NCBI RefSeq assembly: GCF_044704955.1
Contig: NC_091999.1
Coordinates: 13,888,001-13,952,000 of the forward strand
Direction: 5' to 3'
Source of the DNA: Pristiophorus japonicus
Taxonomy: Eukaryota
Length of the DNA: 64,000 bases
Part shown: positions 1 through 13,100 of the stretch, piece by piece
Position numbering within the stretch: the first letter of the stretch is position 1
Layout: the number at the start of each line of letters is the position of its first letter
Notes under the pieces: generated by a model
Seen by the model: the letters and a program-made list of their open reading frames with translations, nothing else
Told to the model about the DNA's origin: nothing
Database searches by the model: none
Position numbers and translations under genes: made by a program

Positions 1-35
1 GACTCCTCTCAGAGATTCCATCCACAAGGAAAAGA
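1..35 (+). CDS. IGHM: IgM heavy chain Cmu3 exon, 3' end (partial)
   Basis: From base 2 it reads TPLRDSIHKEK, matching the shark IgM CH3 C-terminus (horn shark ...TPLRASIHKEE). Phase-1 donor A|GTGAGC at 35/36 joins in frame to the exon at 901. Confidence 0.85.
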
Positions 36-900
36 GTGAGCAGGGAGATTGTTGCAATAAGTGAGACACTGCGATTATTTCCGGTGCATGTGCAAGGGCC
101 AATTCATCATATAAAGTGTTTAATGGGCTACTCTGATCATTCAGTTTGGTAATTCCACGAACTCAGCACTCTGGGACCTGACATTATGCATTTTAGGGGA
201 AAATGGATAAGTCCATGAGCAAGATAGAAATAGCAGAGTATGTGAGCTCAGAGGTGGCGTGTGTGCAGCATAAACACCGGCATAGTTGGCTAAATCTCCT
301 CGTTCTGTGCAGTAAATTCTATGTCATTTTCCAGTCCAACCCTTCAAGATTTCAGAGAGAAAGATTACGTTCCCTCTGCTAAGGGATGGAAAACCAGAGA
401 GGCCCCAGAGGGGAAAAGCAAAAGCGTTAAAATTGAATGCAGAGTCCATTTCTCTCACATCTAACCACCTGAAATTGGCTGAATTTGAATGGGGAAGTCT
501 CACAGGCCACCCGGGAGAACGGGAGGATTCGAAGCCGAGTGAGGAGGTCTCGGATCGCGGGGGGTGGGTTAGGTAGGGACCCTGGATCCAGGGGCAATTG
601 CCACCTGGGTGAAGCAGTCCCCGCCTCGCTGTAACTGCTGGGATTTACACAGTGTGTCAAACCGGACCAGCGACAGTTAAACACCAAATGGAGGTTAAAA
701 TAGAGGATTCCAGACTCATTTAATTATATTACTCAAATATAATGTTACAACCGGGAGTGGGCGAGTTGAGGTCGGGATTCCGATTTTTAACAATTTAACC
801 ACCCTCTCGTCCACAACACACCCGCTGTATTCGATTAATATTCCCCCCATTGTCTCTGGAACTGTCCAGTTCATTGGCCTTTATTGTAACTGTTCTACAG

Positions 901-1292
901 CGAAAGATCAGCGGGAACCAGCCGTGTCTGTCCTCCTGCCCTCGGTAGAAGAAGTCTCCGCTCAGAGGTTGGTCAGCCTCACCTGCTTAGTGACAGGTTT
1001 CTCCCCCCGAGAGATCTTCGTCAAATGGACCGTCAATGACAAGCCGGTGGATTCCGGCAACTACAAGAACACCGAGGTGATGGCGGAGAACGGCAGCAGA
1101 TCCTTCTTCATGTACAGCCTGCAATCCATTGCAGCCGAGGAGTGGGCCAGCGGCGCTTCTTATTCCTGTGTGGTGGGACATGAAGTGATTCCCTTGAAGA
1201 TCATCAACAGAACCGTCAATAAATCCAGTGGTAAACCCAGTTTTGTGAACATTTCCCTTGTTCTGATGGACACCATCAATTCTTGTCAATGA
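901..1292 (+). CDS. IGHM: IgM heavy chain Cmu4 exon plus secretory tailpiece
   Basis: Acceptor ttctacag| at 900. Reads [14 protein letters not shown]...[17 protein letters not shown]...YSCVVGHE...[23 protein letters not shown]1-set Cys/Trp/Cys, tailpiece with NIS sequon and penultimate Cys, close to shark IgM secreted form. Internal donor AGTG|GTAAAC at 1230/1231 for the membrane form. Confidence 0.96.
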
Positions 1293-1320
1293 GAATCTCT
1301 CGATTGCATTTCAGTTCTTA

Positions 1321-1336
1321 AATAAAAACCAATAAA
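1321..1336 (+). terminator. Poly(A) signals for secreted IgM mRNA
   Basis: Two AATAAA hexamers (1321-1326, 1331-1336) about 30-45 nt after the tailpiece stop. Confidence 0.8.
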
Positions 1337-2039
1337 GTGCTTTTCTCCCGAACGTGAGTTAAACACACAGCCGCTCAATTAATTATATTTCCTATTTTTG
1401 CCAATGTGAGGGCTGTTTATCTGAAGTAGGGTGTTTGCGAGTCTCGGGTCCAAGGCTTATGCAGCCAGCGCTCCCAGCTCAGATACAGCATGGGTTAGAG
1501 ACTGGGTGAATGAAGTTCTCTCATTACAGGATTCCTGAAAGTAACTTCAGCAGAGAGAGAGTAAAGGGTAATTTTAACTCACTGTACCTCTCACACCCAC
1601 CAGCGAGAGGGGAACGGGAAATGTGTAATTCACGTAACCCCCACTGCCCCTCCCGCAGGGAGATGGGAAGTGAACCACTCTCTTTTAAATGGACTAAGTT
1701 GCCATCAGTACAATGTCACATTCTAACCCATGGTCTAAAGATTTTAAACTTGCCATATGAATATTATATTCTGAAATAACTATTTATTCCGCGTAATATT
1801 TTTAAATAGTGTTGGGGGTGCAACAGTCCCTGTTAATTGTAAACTAACATGCTGAATTCAATGGGCCATATCTAAACTGGTGATTGTATCCTCTGTGGGT
1901 TTCTCACAGTTGTGTCCCTGATGTTTCTGACGCCCATCGGTTGAATTGTTGCAATCCTTCAGCTGACGTCACATTGCGTCTCACACAGAACACATTTACA
2001 CAGAGCAGGGAGAATACATGTGAAAGTGAGTTTATCTGT

Positions 2040-3310
2040 GTTCATATATAAGTGTGTTGAAGATTTTGTGTAAGTGTGTGTGTTTTTGTGTAAGTGCACA
2101 ATTACACATAAACACTCATAGACTTACATATAAAGACACACTAACACTCTGGCACATAATATTAAACATAACTAGAATATAATGGAAACCTTCATTGTCC
2201 AATCCAGTTATTGGTACTCTCTGAAACTTTGAACAATAGCAATAATACATGTCAATCCAAACACACACTTACACAACACATACTTACACACACTTACACA
2301 CACATAGACACACACATCAATCCACACACATGTTTACAGAAAACACATTTACATACACTCACACACACACAAATACACACATAAATCCACACACACACTT
2401 ACACAAAACACACTTACACACACATAAACACATACATCAATCTGCACAAACACACTTACACAAAACACATTTACACACATATCAACACATACAGCAATCC
2501 ACACACACACTTACACAAAACACACTTACACACACATAAACACTTACATCAATCCACACACACACTTACAAAACACACTTACACACACATAGACGCACAC
2601 ATCAATCCACACACACACAGTTACATAACACACTTACTCACACATACACACATACATCAATCCACACACACACACACACTTACAAAAACACACTTACACA
2701 CACACACACATAATTACACACATCAATCCACACACACACTTACACAAAACAACACACACAATTTTACCTGCAAATCCATTGTTACACATAAACACACACA
2801 CGCTTACACCTAAACATGAACAAACACTGAGACATAGCCATACACTTACAGTGAAGCACTCACCTGAACACACTTCCACAAGCATGAACACGCATATAAA
2901 TCCAAACACACACTGACACAAAACACACACACACAAACTTACATGTAAACACACTGTTACACAAAAACTCACACACACACACACACTTACACCTAAACAT
3001 AAACAAACACTTAGACTTAACCATACACATACAGTTACAGGGAAACACACACATGAACACACTTGCACACAAACATACACACACACATGCACACACAAAC
3101 CCTTAGACATGAACATGCTTACACATAAATGTACACACACTCACCTGCACCAAATCGCACACTCACAATTACATATAAACACAAACACTTACATATAAAC
3201 ACACGCACTCTTACACAAAACATAAACAAAGACTTACACACACATACACAATCTTACAAATAAACACACGTACAACCCCACAGATCAACACCCTCACAGG
3301 GAAACACAAA
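2040..3310. repeat. CA-rich degenerate microsatellite in the Cmu4-TM1 intron
   Basis: Repeated ACACAC, CACTTACAC and CATCAATCCACAC motifs. Confidence 0.9.
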
Positions 3311-3978
3311 CACGGACTAATCCAGAACAAGAGATATAGTGATATACAGTGATATAAACACTAAAGAGCACAAACAAAAACGAAGAACGTAGAACTAAAT
3401 TGCAGTTTTTGGATGGACAATGTATCCAACGCTTGGCCTGAAAAATTATTCCTGATACCATAACATCTCACATTTCACTATTCTGGCCTTTCACATACAC
3501 TGGATCAATGTAGTTGTTGCAAACTGACACAAGTTATTTATGTTCAGAGCATTGCCGTAACAAATAAAAAAAAGGTTATAACTCACAACTGGTCTCTTAC
3601 AAAGCCTCCTTGGCAGCCTCCAACTAAATAACTACCTTAACCTATCCAGCTGCAAACTTGCCTTGATGTTTCATCACATTATTCCTGAGTGATAGATCAT
3701 AGCAAAGTCATTCAAAATCAATTAGCCTCTGACATGGAAGAAGAACTATCATATTTTCCAAAACGGACTATAGCTGGATCATAAAGGAAGAGCGGCTGTG
3801 GAGTGAGGAACAGAGAGAGATTGCTGAGAGTGATTAACTTAACACAAGATATACATTGACAGTTAAATTAGAGAGCAAACTAATACCTTAAGGGAAAGAA
3901 AAGAGAACATAAAATAATAGTATGATACCCAGAATTAATAAACGATCTGAATATATTTCCTTCCCTACATCCCCGTAG

Positions 3979-4106
3979 ATTCCTCAGACCACATGTGGAG
4001 TGAAGAGTATGAGGACGAGAACAGCAACATCTGGACAACAGCTTCCACATTCATCATCCTGTTCTTCCTGAGCATTTCCTACAGCGCCGCCGTCACTCTG
4101 GTGAAG
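3979..4106 (+). CDS. IGHM: IgM transmembrane exon TM1
   Basis: Acceptor ccccgtag|. With the G from 1230 it reads [43 protein letters not shown] (acidic spacer plus conserved antigen-receptor TM motif). Donor AAG|GTGGGA. Confidence 0.93.
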
Positions 4107-4246
4107 GTGGGAAGATTCAATCCGCTCACACTTCCATCTGACTGAAGCGGTTTGATAAATCTCTGGATGTTTCATTAATAAAAACCCTGAGATAAATGCC
4201 CCAGACCACTAAATCTTGGCTTCATTCTTTTATCCCACTTTTACAG

Positions 4247-4255
4247 CTCAAGTGA
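4247..4255 (+). CDS. IGHM: IgM TM2 exon (codes L-K-stop)
   Basis: Polypyrimidine tract then ttttacag|CTC AAG TGA. AATAAA at 4317 and 4347 downstream. Confidence 0.85.
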   Translation, partial: LK

Positions 4256-4610
4256 TGGTCTGAATTTCGGCCGCATTGGATTTTCTTCATCTGTTTATCA
4301 TCTCTGTGCCCCTAAAAATAAACTATGTCCTTTTGGTGATTCTCAGAATAAAGTGCCTTTAATTAATAGATCCGAATCGGTAGCTGAGAAATATATACCT
4401 GGGATTTCCGTCTTTCTGTTTGAAATGTGTGCGATAATTGTGGCTGTAATGTAACTGTGTCTCAGAGTTTCACTGTGCCTTGAATATTTCATGTGTAAAT
4501 AAGTAACTTTTCTCATTCCTATTCACAATTGTTCCCTTCCCTTTATGCTGAGCCCCTGTTCTCTCTCTCTGGTGTCTGTCACAGTTGTGCAGATATCTGG
4601 CAGCTCCGCC

Positions 4611-5025
4611 ATAAGAACATAAGAAATAGGAGCAGGAGTAGGCCCTATGGCCCCTTGGGTCTGCTCCACCATTCAATAAGATCACGGCTGATCATCGAAC
4701 ACAACTCCACTTTCCCGCCCGATAGCCATATCCCTTGCTTCTCCTAGAGTCCAAAAATCTATCTATTTGAGCCTTGAATTTATTCAGAGACTTAGCATCC
4801 AAAGCCCTCTGGGGCAGGGAATTTCAAACATTAACAACCCTCTGAGTGAAGAAATTCCTCCTCATCTCTGTCTTAAATGGCCAATCCTTTATCCTCAGGG
4901 AGTGCTCCCGAGTTCTAGACTGTCCATCCAGGGGAAACAAAGTTTCAGCATTTACCTCAGAATCTTATGTTTCAATCAGATCACCTCTCATTATTCTAAA
5001 CTCCAGAGAGTACAGGCCCAATCCA
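4611..5025 (-). mobile_element. CR1 LINE 3' fragment
   Basis: Reverse complement of a CR1 tail (ATAAGAACATAAGAAATAGGAGCAGGAGTAGG) and of the ORF2 C-terminus (RRNFFTQRVVN). Confidence 0.85.
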
Positions 5026-5454
5026 CCTGTGTTCGGTTCTCAATGTATTGCTCAGTTATATTCACTTTTGTTCACTTTTTTAAACTTCCCTGTAAATTGT
5101 TTTCTGTGAAATTGCTAATAAATCTGAAATGACAAATGAACTAACTTGGACTTTGCTGTAGTCCTTTCTCCACGGCTCCTCCACACCGCTCCATTTACCC
5201 TGTCACACTCTGTTTTATTTCTGACAGGTCTGTTTCACCAGTCCTGTCTGGGTTGTGATAGAAACCAGGTCCTGTTGGTGAAGGACCCACTGCGCCACCC
5301 AGTGTCCCATCGGAGTAAAGACATCTTTACCGCTGCCTTGTTGTATCCGGTCCCAGAGCAGTCTCCTCTAATATTATGGTCTGTCACAGTTGCAAGGCAG
5401 GTTCTATTAAAAAGCAGTACTCTGCTCCATCACAGCTTGATATAGATCAGTATA

Positions 5455-5760
5455 CGTCAGAGTAAGTCTTCCTCTACACAGTCCTGTCAAACTCTCCCAG
5501 GGCAGGTACAGCACGGGATAGATACAACGTAAATGTCCCAAAACAACCTCCCATCAAACACTCCCAGGGCAGGTACAGCACGGGTTAGGTATAGAGTAAA
5601 GCTCCCTCTGCACTGTCCCATCAAACACTCCCAGGGCAGGTACAGCACGGGTTAGATACAGAGTGAAGCTCCCTCTGCACTGTCCCATCAAACACTCCCA
5701 GGGCAGGTACAGCACGGGTTAGATACAGAGTAAAGCTCCCTCTGCACTGTCCCATCAAAA
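5455..5760. repeat. 67-bp tandem repeat (CCCATCAAACACTCCCAGGGCAGGTACAGCACGGGTTAGATACAGAGTAAAGCTCCCTCTGCACTGT)
   Basis: About 4.5 copies. Same family at ~53800-53938, 58018-58280, 59830-60215 and 60890-61430. Confidence 0.9.
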
Positions 5761-6261
5761 GTCGCAGGACAGCGAAAGCACTGGTTTGAAAACTGACACA
5801 GACACCGAGCACAACCTTGGGGAATGATTCCCAGAGCCCGCTGCCAATCGGACACGCTCTCTCCGCTGTTTTCTGTTATACACCCCGACTCTCTATTTTC
5901 CAATTGAATACACAGAAAGGCTCCAGCTTTTCGACAATATTTCAGTGCCCGCGAGTATTATTGTGCTTTCTCCGCTGGTGGGCTCGGTTGGAGCAGGTTG
6001 TATGATCGCCGGGAAAAGTCCAATTCTGATCTGATACCATTTAATTTTGACCAGGCTAAGTATGCGAGTGGAGCCCTCCTCTCGGGGAGGGCACTTGGAC
6101 AAGGATTTTTGGTTTTGGATCAGCCTCTTTAAAGACTTCCGTGTCCAAACGTTTTAAATAGACCGAGGAGCAAAGTAACCACCTTCAATCCTGCTCTAAT
6201 CTCAGCAACACCCATTAACACTGACACTCTGTCTCCTGTTTCCAGATTACAGTTCGCCCTA

Positions 6262-7882
6262 CTGGAATTAACAATGGGGAAAGTGGAGATGGCAGAAACT
6301 CTGAACAAATATTTTGCATCAGTCTTTACGGTACAGGACACTAGCAATATTCCGACAGGGGATGGTAGCAAAGGGGCTATAGCGCGGGAGGAAGTTAAGA
6401 CAATCACAATCACTAAGGGGGTGTTAATCAGTAAGATAATGAGACTAAAGTCAGGACCTGATGGCTTGCATCCCACGGTCTTAAAAGAAGTCACGGTAGG
6501 GATTGTAGATGCATCGGTTGTAATTTACCAAAATTCCCTGGATTCTGGGGAGGTCCCAGCAGATTGGAAAATTGGAAATGTAACGCCCCTATTTAAAAAA
6601 GGAGGCAGACAAAATGCAGGAAATTTTGACCAGTTAGCCTAACATCTGTGGTTGGGAAAATGTTGGACTTCATTATTAAAGAAGCAGTAGCAGGACATTT
6701 GGAAAAGCAAAATTCGGTCAGGCAGAGTCAGTGTGAATTTATGAAGGGGAAGTCATGCTTGACAAATTTGCTGGAGTTCTTTGAGGATGTAACGAACAGG
6801 GTGGATAAAGGGGAACCAGTGGATGTGGTGTATTTGGACTTCCAGTGGCATTTGTCAAGGTGCCACATAAAAAGTTACTGCACAAGATACATTTCACTGG
6901 ATTGGTGGTCATATAGTAGCATGGTCACATAGAGGATTGGCTAACGAACAGAAAACAGAGATTAGGGAAAAATGGTTCATTCTCTGGTTGGCAACGAGTA
7001 ACTAGTGAGGTGCCACAGGGATCAGTGCTCGGACCCAACTATTTACTATATATATTAACGACTTGGAAGAAGGGACTGAGTGCAATGCAGCCAAGTTTGC
7101 TGATGTTGCAAAGATGGCCGGAAAAGCAATGTGTGAGGAGGATATAAAAAATCTGCAAAAGGACACAGACAGGCTAAGTGAGTGGGCAAAAATTTGGCAG
7201 ATGTTGGAATGTGTGACGTCATGCACTTTGGCAGAAAAACAATCGAAGAGCAAGTTATTATTGAAATGGAGAAAGATTGCCAAGTGCCGTAGTACAGCGG
7301 GACCTGAGGGTATTTGTACACGAAACAAAAGGATCGCATGCAGGTACAGCAAGTGATCAGGAAGGCCAATGGTATCTTGGCCTTTATTGCGAAGGTGATG
7401 GAGTATAAAAGCTGGAAAATCTTGCTAAAGATATATAAGGTATTGGTGAGGCCATCACCTGGAAAACTGCGTGCAGTTTTGGGGTTTCCATATTTACGAA
7501 AGGATATACTTGCTTCGGGAGCAGTTCAGAGAAGGTTTACTAGATTGACTCCGGGGACGAGGGGGTTGACTTCTGAGGAAATGTTGAATGGGTTGGGCCT
7601 CTACTCATTGGAATTCAGAAGAATGAGAGGTGATCTTATCGAAACGTAATAAATCTGTGTAATTTGCTGCCTCAGAGAATTATGGAAGATGGGTCATTGA
7701 ATACATTTTAGGCAGAAATCGACAGTTTCTTAAATGATAAGTGTATGAGGGTTATGGGGAGCGAGCAGGGAAGTGGAGCTGAGTCCATGATCAGATCAGC
7801 CATGATCGTATTGAATGGCGGAGCAAGCTCAAGGGGCCGTATGTTCTACTCCTGTTCCTATTTCTTATGGTCTTATGTTCTT
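6262..7882 (+). mobile_element. CR1 LINE, 5'-truncated, disrupted RT
   Basis: ORF2 pieces (GPDGLHPTVLKE, KSCLTNLLEFFE, KFADV, GLYSLEFRRMRGDLIET) with stops and frameshifts; TTCTTATG-type tail at ~7860-7880. Confidence 0.9.
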
Positions 7883-7889
7883 CTGTTTT

Positions 7890-8100
7890 ACTCTGCTACA
7901 TTCCCTTTGATACCATCTCCCCGAGCTCACTGAACCCCACCCCAGGGATGCTGTCTCCCTGCTCTGCTACATTCCATCTGATACCATCTCCCTGAACTCC
8001 ATGAACTCACTGAACATCACCCCAGGGATCCTGTCTCCCTGCTCTGCTACGTTCCCTCTGATATCATCTCCCTGAACTCACTGAAGATCACGCAGGGATC
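7890..8100. repeat. ~70-bp tandem repeat, 3 copies
   Basis: Repeated CTCTGCTACATTCC...GATACCATCTCCCTGAACTCACTGAA...CAGGGATC. Confidence 0.7.
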
Positions 8101-8407
8101 CACCAGTGTCATTTGCTCCCTGTTTCGGTGAACGTTGGGAACCCTGCCCTTCACCATATGATCTTTCATTTGGAGCCTCCCGACCACGGAACACCCCCAA
8201 GATTTCTGGTCACATCGGAGTATCTTCTGATTTTTTCCTTCTAATGCCGCGCTGCTCTTCCTCTAAACTCATGGGCTCCAGTCCTGAGGTCTTCTGTAGT
8301 AGAATAGCACTTCAGGTTGGCGGGAGGGAAGATTAATCGGCGCTGCTGAAGGGGCTTGGAGTGAGTTTGGGAATGGATGCAGTTGGTGACTAATGTAATA
8401 TATCTCC

Positions 8408-10160
8408 TGTTGACATATGTTAAAAGTTAGAATTAAGAAGCTTATTTTACATGTGTGTAATTAATGAATAATCTTTATGTTTGTAACTTCCTGTATATGC
8501 ATTGATTGCCTGTAAAACTAGTGTATAAATGATAGAATATGGCCGAGTAACATAAAATTGTGTTTAAAATGGCCAAAGGCTGAGAAGCAAAGCATCATGC
8601 TAAATTGAGTCATTATTATGTTATCCATTTTTGTAACTGCTGATGAAGCTTCATTTAGAAATAGAAAGGTCAAGGCCAAAATTATTAATCAATAAGATAA
8701 AGGTATGCAGCACCTATCAGTTCTTATCATAATTTTGTAAAGCCAAGCTCAGTAATGAATTCTGTGTGACATGTTCTGTATAATTGTTCTCAGAGAAGTG
8801 ATTCCTGCCACAGAGAGGGAGGGGAGATAGAGATAACATAGTAGGCCAAAGGCAGTAGAAAATATGATCTGTTGTTAGTCATCAACAGCTGTAGATTTTC
8901 ACAGCATTTGAATGGAAAAAATGGTATAAAGTAACAGCTCTTCTACTCAGAAGCCAGTGCGAATCAAGAGAATAGGAGATAAGGAGTCGGCACCACGGTC
9001 ATCTCAAGAGGATGCTATTGAGAATTAGGCTGTGACTATAATTTGTTAAGTATTACTTTTTGTAACAGAACCTAATTTTCTTGATAAAACTCTGTTTTTT
9101 ACTCAATAAACTTCTATTAAAAGCATTTGTTATTACATGAACAAGGGTCTCCTAGTTTGAATTAAATATAAACCCTAAGAATAGTTGAATTGCTATAGTT
9201 AGCAAAGCGGCAAAAAGCTGGCGACCACGAAGAGACAAAACAAAGAGATATTGTACAAAATACAATATACTCATTAAACAAGTTAATTGGGGACTCTTCT
9301 AATTTTTTCTCTCCATTTGAAAACAGGTTGTTGTGTGTCACCAGCAGATGCAAGGCAGATCGTTTGATCACCGATCAAACCTTGTGTCGGGTTGATTTAC
9401 GTCAACTGATAGTGACTATTATCTTTGTTGAGGAAGCTTACTTAAAAATAACTAACTTTCAGATGCCGGAGGTGTGTCTCTTGGAAGAGTATCAGAAAAA
9501 GTTAGAAAAAGATGTGACGAAACGCAAGTGCAGACACTGTTGGTAGACTGCCGAGGGAATAATCCGAATGTATCCCTTAAGGATGCGGTCACTTTTATTG
9601 ATGAACAGATTAAAGTAAGAAATGGAAGCTGGGTAAGGCGACGAGTCTAGTCACCTATACAGCTTCGTACTTCGCAGGACGTGAATCAAAGGTCAAGAAA
9701 GAATTAGAGTATAAAATATCAGAACTGGAAAAACAAAATTCGGCAAAGAATGAAGAATTGCAGAAAATAGATTCAGACATTAAATAGAAAATTGTGAATT
9801 TGCAGAGTCTATTTGCCTCAGCTACTGGAGTAATGCAACAGCAGAGTATCAATGCATTCACGTATGGACTGCAATGTAAACAATTAGGAAATCTTGAGAT
9901 TTAAAAAGATCGAAGCAGAGAGAATAACCGTCTCACCAAACAATTAAAAGTCTCATGGGGAGCAATGAGGGAGGATTTGCATCGACTCCTGTAAGGGATA
10001 AAATGTAAGGTTGCAAATAGGGGCTCAGAATTATGATGAAGGTAGTGAACTTATAATTGCCTATGTAGGTAACACTGGCTTATGCAGGAACAGCACAAAT
10101 GTATAACGCATTGAACTGAATCCGTAACCTCTGTAATACTTAAACAGCGGTCAGCAGTTT
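8408..10160 (+). mobile_element. LTR/ERV-like remnant 1 (5' LTR ~8408-9217, PBS-Arg, degenerate gag-like coiled coil)
   Basis: TATAAA 8925, AATAAA 9105, then TGGCGACCACGAAGAGAC (9219-9236), near-complementary to the tRNA-Arg(TCG) 3' end. Downstream broken frame ...RESKVKKELEYKISELEKQNSAKNEELQKI. LTR start is approximate. Confidence 0.65.
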
Positions 10161-10162
10161 TT

Positions 10163-13100
10163 TGTAAGTCCCTGAGGAAGAGATAAATAAGCAAGCACAA
10201 CTACTTTAGATTAGTCATCAGATAGACTGGGGTAGAGGGAAAAATGGAACAAAACAATGATGAGAGATGGACAGTTGCATTTACCACTCAGAGTCCGTCG
10301 GATAAGAGTCGACAAATCAATGTAACTTCGCTGATAACAATCGACCTATCGATGATTTTGCAGGATGATAGCTCCTCTCCAAAACCTGTATAAGTTGTGC
10401 TTGAAAACTCTTGTATTTCGGAGGTTCCACGACTGAACCTTCCCTTGCAATTGCTCATAATAAAAGCCGGATGAACCTGGGATCTCGTGTGTTCACTTCC
10501 GTGGTCGTTATTCAGTGGGAGAAGGGCAAGGTGTCGATTAACTGTACCAGTTAGTCCACGTCGAAGGAGAGAAGCTTCCTTTTACCCCAACAGACGGGCA
10601 GGTGTCGACTAACTATATTAGTTAGTCCACCTTGAAGAAGAGAAGCCTCCTTTTTAACCCCTACATTTGGCGTCATGAACAGGATGCAGACCCTCTGACC
10701 TGGATGATGTGACAGCTAAATGGCAGTGAGCATGTTTTGTACCACCTGCAGCTGTAGCATTGACGGGGAAGGAGCTTATCTGTATAAATAATTAGAAGGG
10801 GTAGCTGTAGGACAAGTTATAACAGAAGGCTGAAAACCAAGGGTGGAATAGGTGTATTGCCTGAAAAAGAAGGAATACAACCTAAGGAGGAGTGGACCCC
10901 AGCGATCATTAGAGGAAATATAAGGTGTATGTCCTGAAGCATGACATGGTAATAACACAGTGAAGCTGGTATTGATTGTGCGCAGTGCAAACAAGAAGGA
11001 ATTCAAGCTAAAAAGTGGGGTGGGACCCCAGGATCCTAGGAAAACTGGCCAGTGGGATAAAATGCTAGCTGAAATAAATGGAAAATTAATAAAAGAAAAG
11101 AAAAATGTTGGAAAAACAAATTGAATTTACAAAGGACAGTTTGTTTTTATCAAAAGATACAAATGCGAACTTGAAAGCTGCAGCTGCTAGAAAGAGAAAC
11201 AAAGATGTTGAGGAAAATGGACTGGAGAAAGATCAGCAAATTACAAAACCTAATTTAAAGAAACGAGATTTAAATTGGCTGTGAAACAGATATTGGTTTA
11301 ATTATAAAAACTTATGAGTTAAACCCGACAAAGCTTTGTGTTGAGAAAGAGAAACAAAGATGTTTAACTATGGACTGGAGTAAGGTCATCAAAAAATGAT
11401 TAAGTTCGGATTCAAAAGTGGGAAATGTTCTAAGCTATACGAATTCAGCACAGAAAGAAAAAACTGGGAATTACAGAATTCTTAAAAAAGATGGACCAGC
11501 ACCGAGGTTTAGATTTTGTGAGGAGAGAAATAAAACATAAGATTTGCTCAGTGAACGGGACCATAAAAAAACCAAACTGCTGGAATGTATATAGATTGCG
11601 TGGAAATTGGATTTCTGCAAACAGAATAGCTGTTAAAATGTGTGGTCTCGCTTTAAATCAATGAAAAACTCGTTGGCAAGTATTTGAATTGGATGTGTAG
11701 AGAAATTGGAGTTTAATCGAAAATGCTGCCTTTCCCGATGAGGTTTTATTTTGACAACTTTACTAATGATTTCTGCTATTTTAATGGATTCCTAATTTCT
11801 TAGCAAGTTTTGAAAGCACAAAGACTTGGGGAAAAATTTTCAGATGAATACCCGAAGTCAAGCAATGACGTCAGACCTTCTTACAAACCTGTAAAGGAGT
11901 TAACCCTTTCCATTGACAGCTGTTTTATACTGGACATTATTAATTTGGATTTCTTAATAAAAGAAAGAAGACTGTCTGACAGACAGAGGAAATGGTGAGA
12001 TAGTCAGAATAAAAATAAAACAAAGAAAGCCTATGTAATAGTACTCGCCTGCTACAGAGGACAGATAGATACTCAAACAAAACAAACTCAAGAGTTAATA
12101 GCTAAGATAAATAAGCTGGCTGAGATAAAGACAGGACCAGATGGATAGTGCAGTGCACAGATATAGCACCATCACCTACGGTAATAGAGACAATGTACCC
12201 CACGGTGGTAAGTGTAGTGCACAACCCCAACCTAACAGTCATCAGACAGGGATAATGAGTGCGGAGTAGAGGGGCCCCCGGCACAAGATTATGGCTATTT
12301 ATCAGTGGCACCGATATGCACTACCACCATTCGCTCCAGCGGACGTAGAGCAGCCCACATTACCATACAGGAGATACCGCTCAGCCCACAGGAAACAAAT
12401 TCTATTGAATAAGTTGTCAACCGTGAAAGCAACATAGTAGAAACATAGAAACATAGAAACATAGAAAATAGGTGCAGGAGTAGGCCATTCGGCCCTTCTA
12501 GCCTGCACCGCCATTCATGGCTGAACATGCAACTTCAGTACCCCATTCCTGCTTTCTCGCCATACCCCTTGATTCCCCTAGTAGTAAGGACATCATCTAA
12601 CTCATTTTTGAATATATTTAGTGAATTGGCCTCAGCAACTTTCTGTGGTAGAGAATTCCACAGGTTCACCACTCTCTGGGTGAAGAAGTTTCTCCTCATC
12701 TCGGTCCTAAATGGCTTACCCCTTATCCTTAGACTGTGACCCCTGGCTCTGGACTTCCCCAACATTGGGAACATTCTTCCTGCATCTAACCTATCTAAAC
12801 CCATCAGAATTTTAAACGTTTCTATGAGGTCCCCTCTCATTCTTCTGAACTCCAGTGAATACAAGCCCAGTTGATCCAGTCTTTCTTGATAGGTCAGTCC
12901 CGCCATCCCGGGAATCAGTCTGGTGAACGTTCGCTGCACTCCCTCAATAGCAAGAATGTCCTTCCTCAAGTTAGGAGACCAAAACTGTACACAATACTCC
13001 AGGTGTGGCCTCACCAAGGCCCTGTACAACTGTAGCAACACCACCCTGCCTCTGTACTCAAATCCCCTCGCTATGAAGGCCAACATGCCAATTGCTTTCT

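Noticed and set aside
648-686. RSS-like CACAGTG plus 22-nt spacer plus TTAAACACC in the Cmu3-Cmu4 intron
   Set aside because: Nonamer matches only 6/9, no adjacent V/D/J segment, wrong position; consistent with chance
901-1292. IgNAR or IgW identity for the constant exon
   Set aside because: The domain, tailpiece and TM sequences closely follow shark IgM CH4 ([27 protein letters not shown])
2249-3140. His/Thr-rich and Cys/Val-rich ORFs
   Set aside because: Translation of CA/TG microsatellite inside the IgM intron
5455-5760. CRISPR-like appearance of the 67-bp, 54-bp and 27-bp arrays
   Set aside because: Head-to-tail repeats without unique spacers, no cas genes, vertebrate DNA
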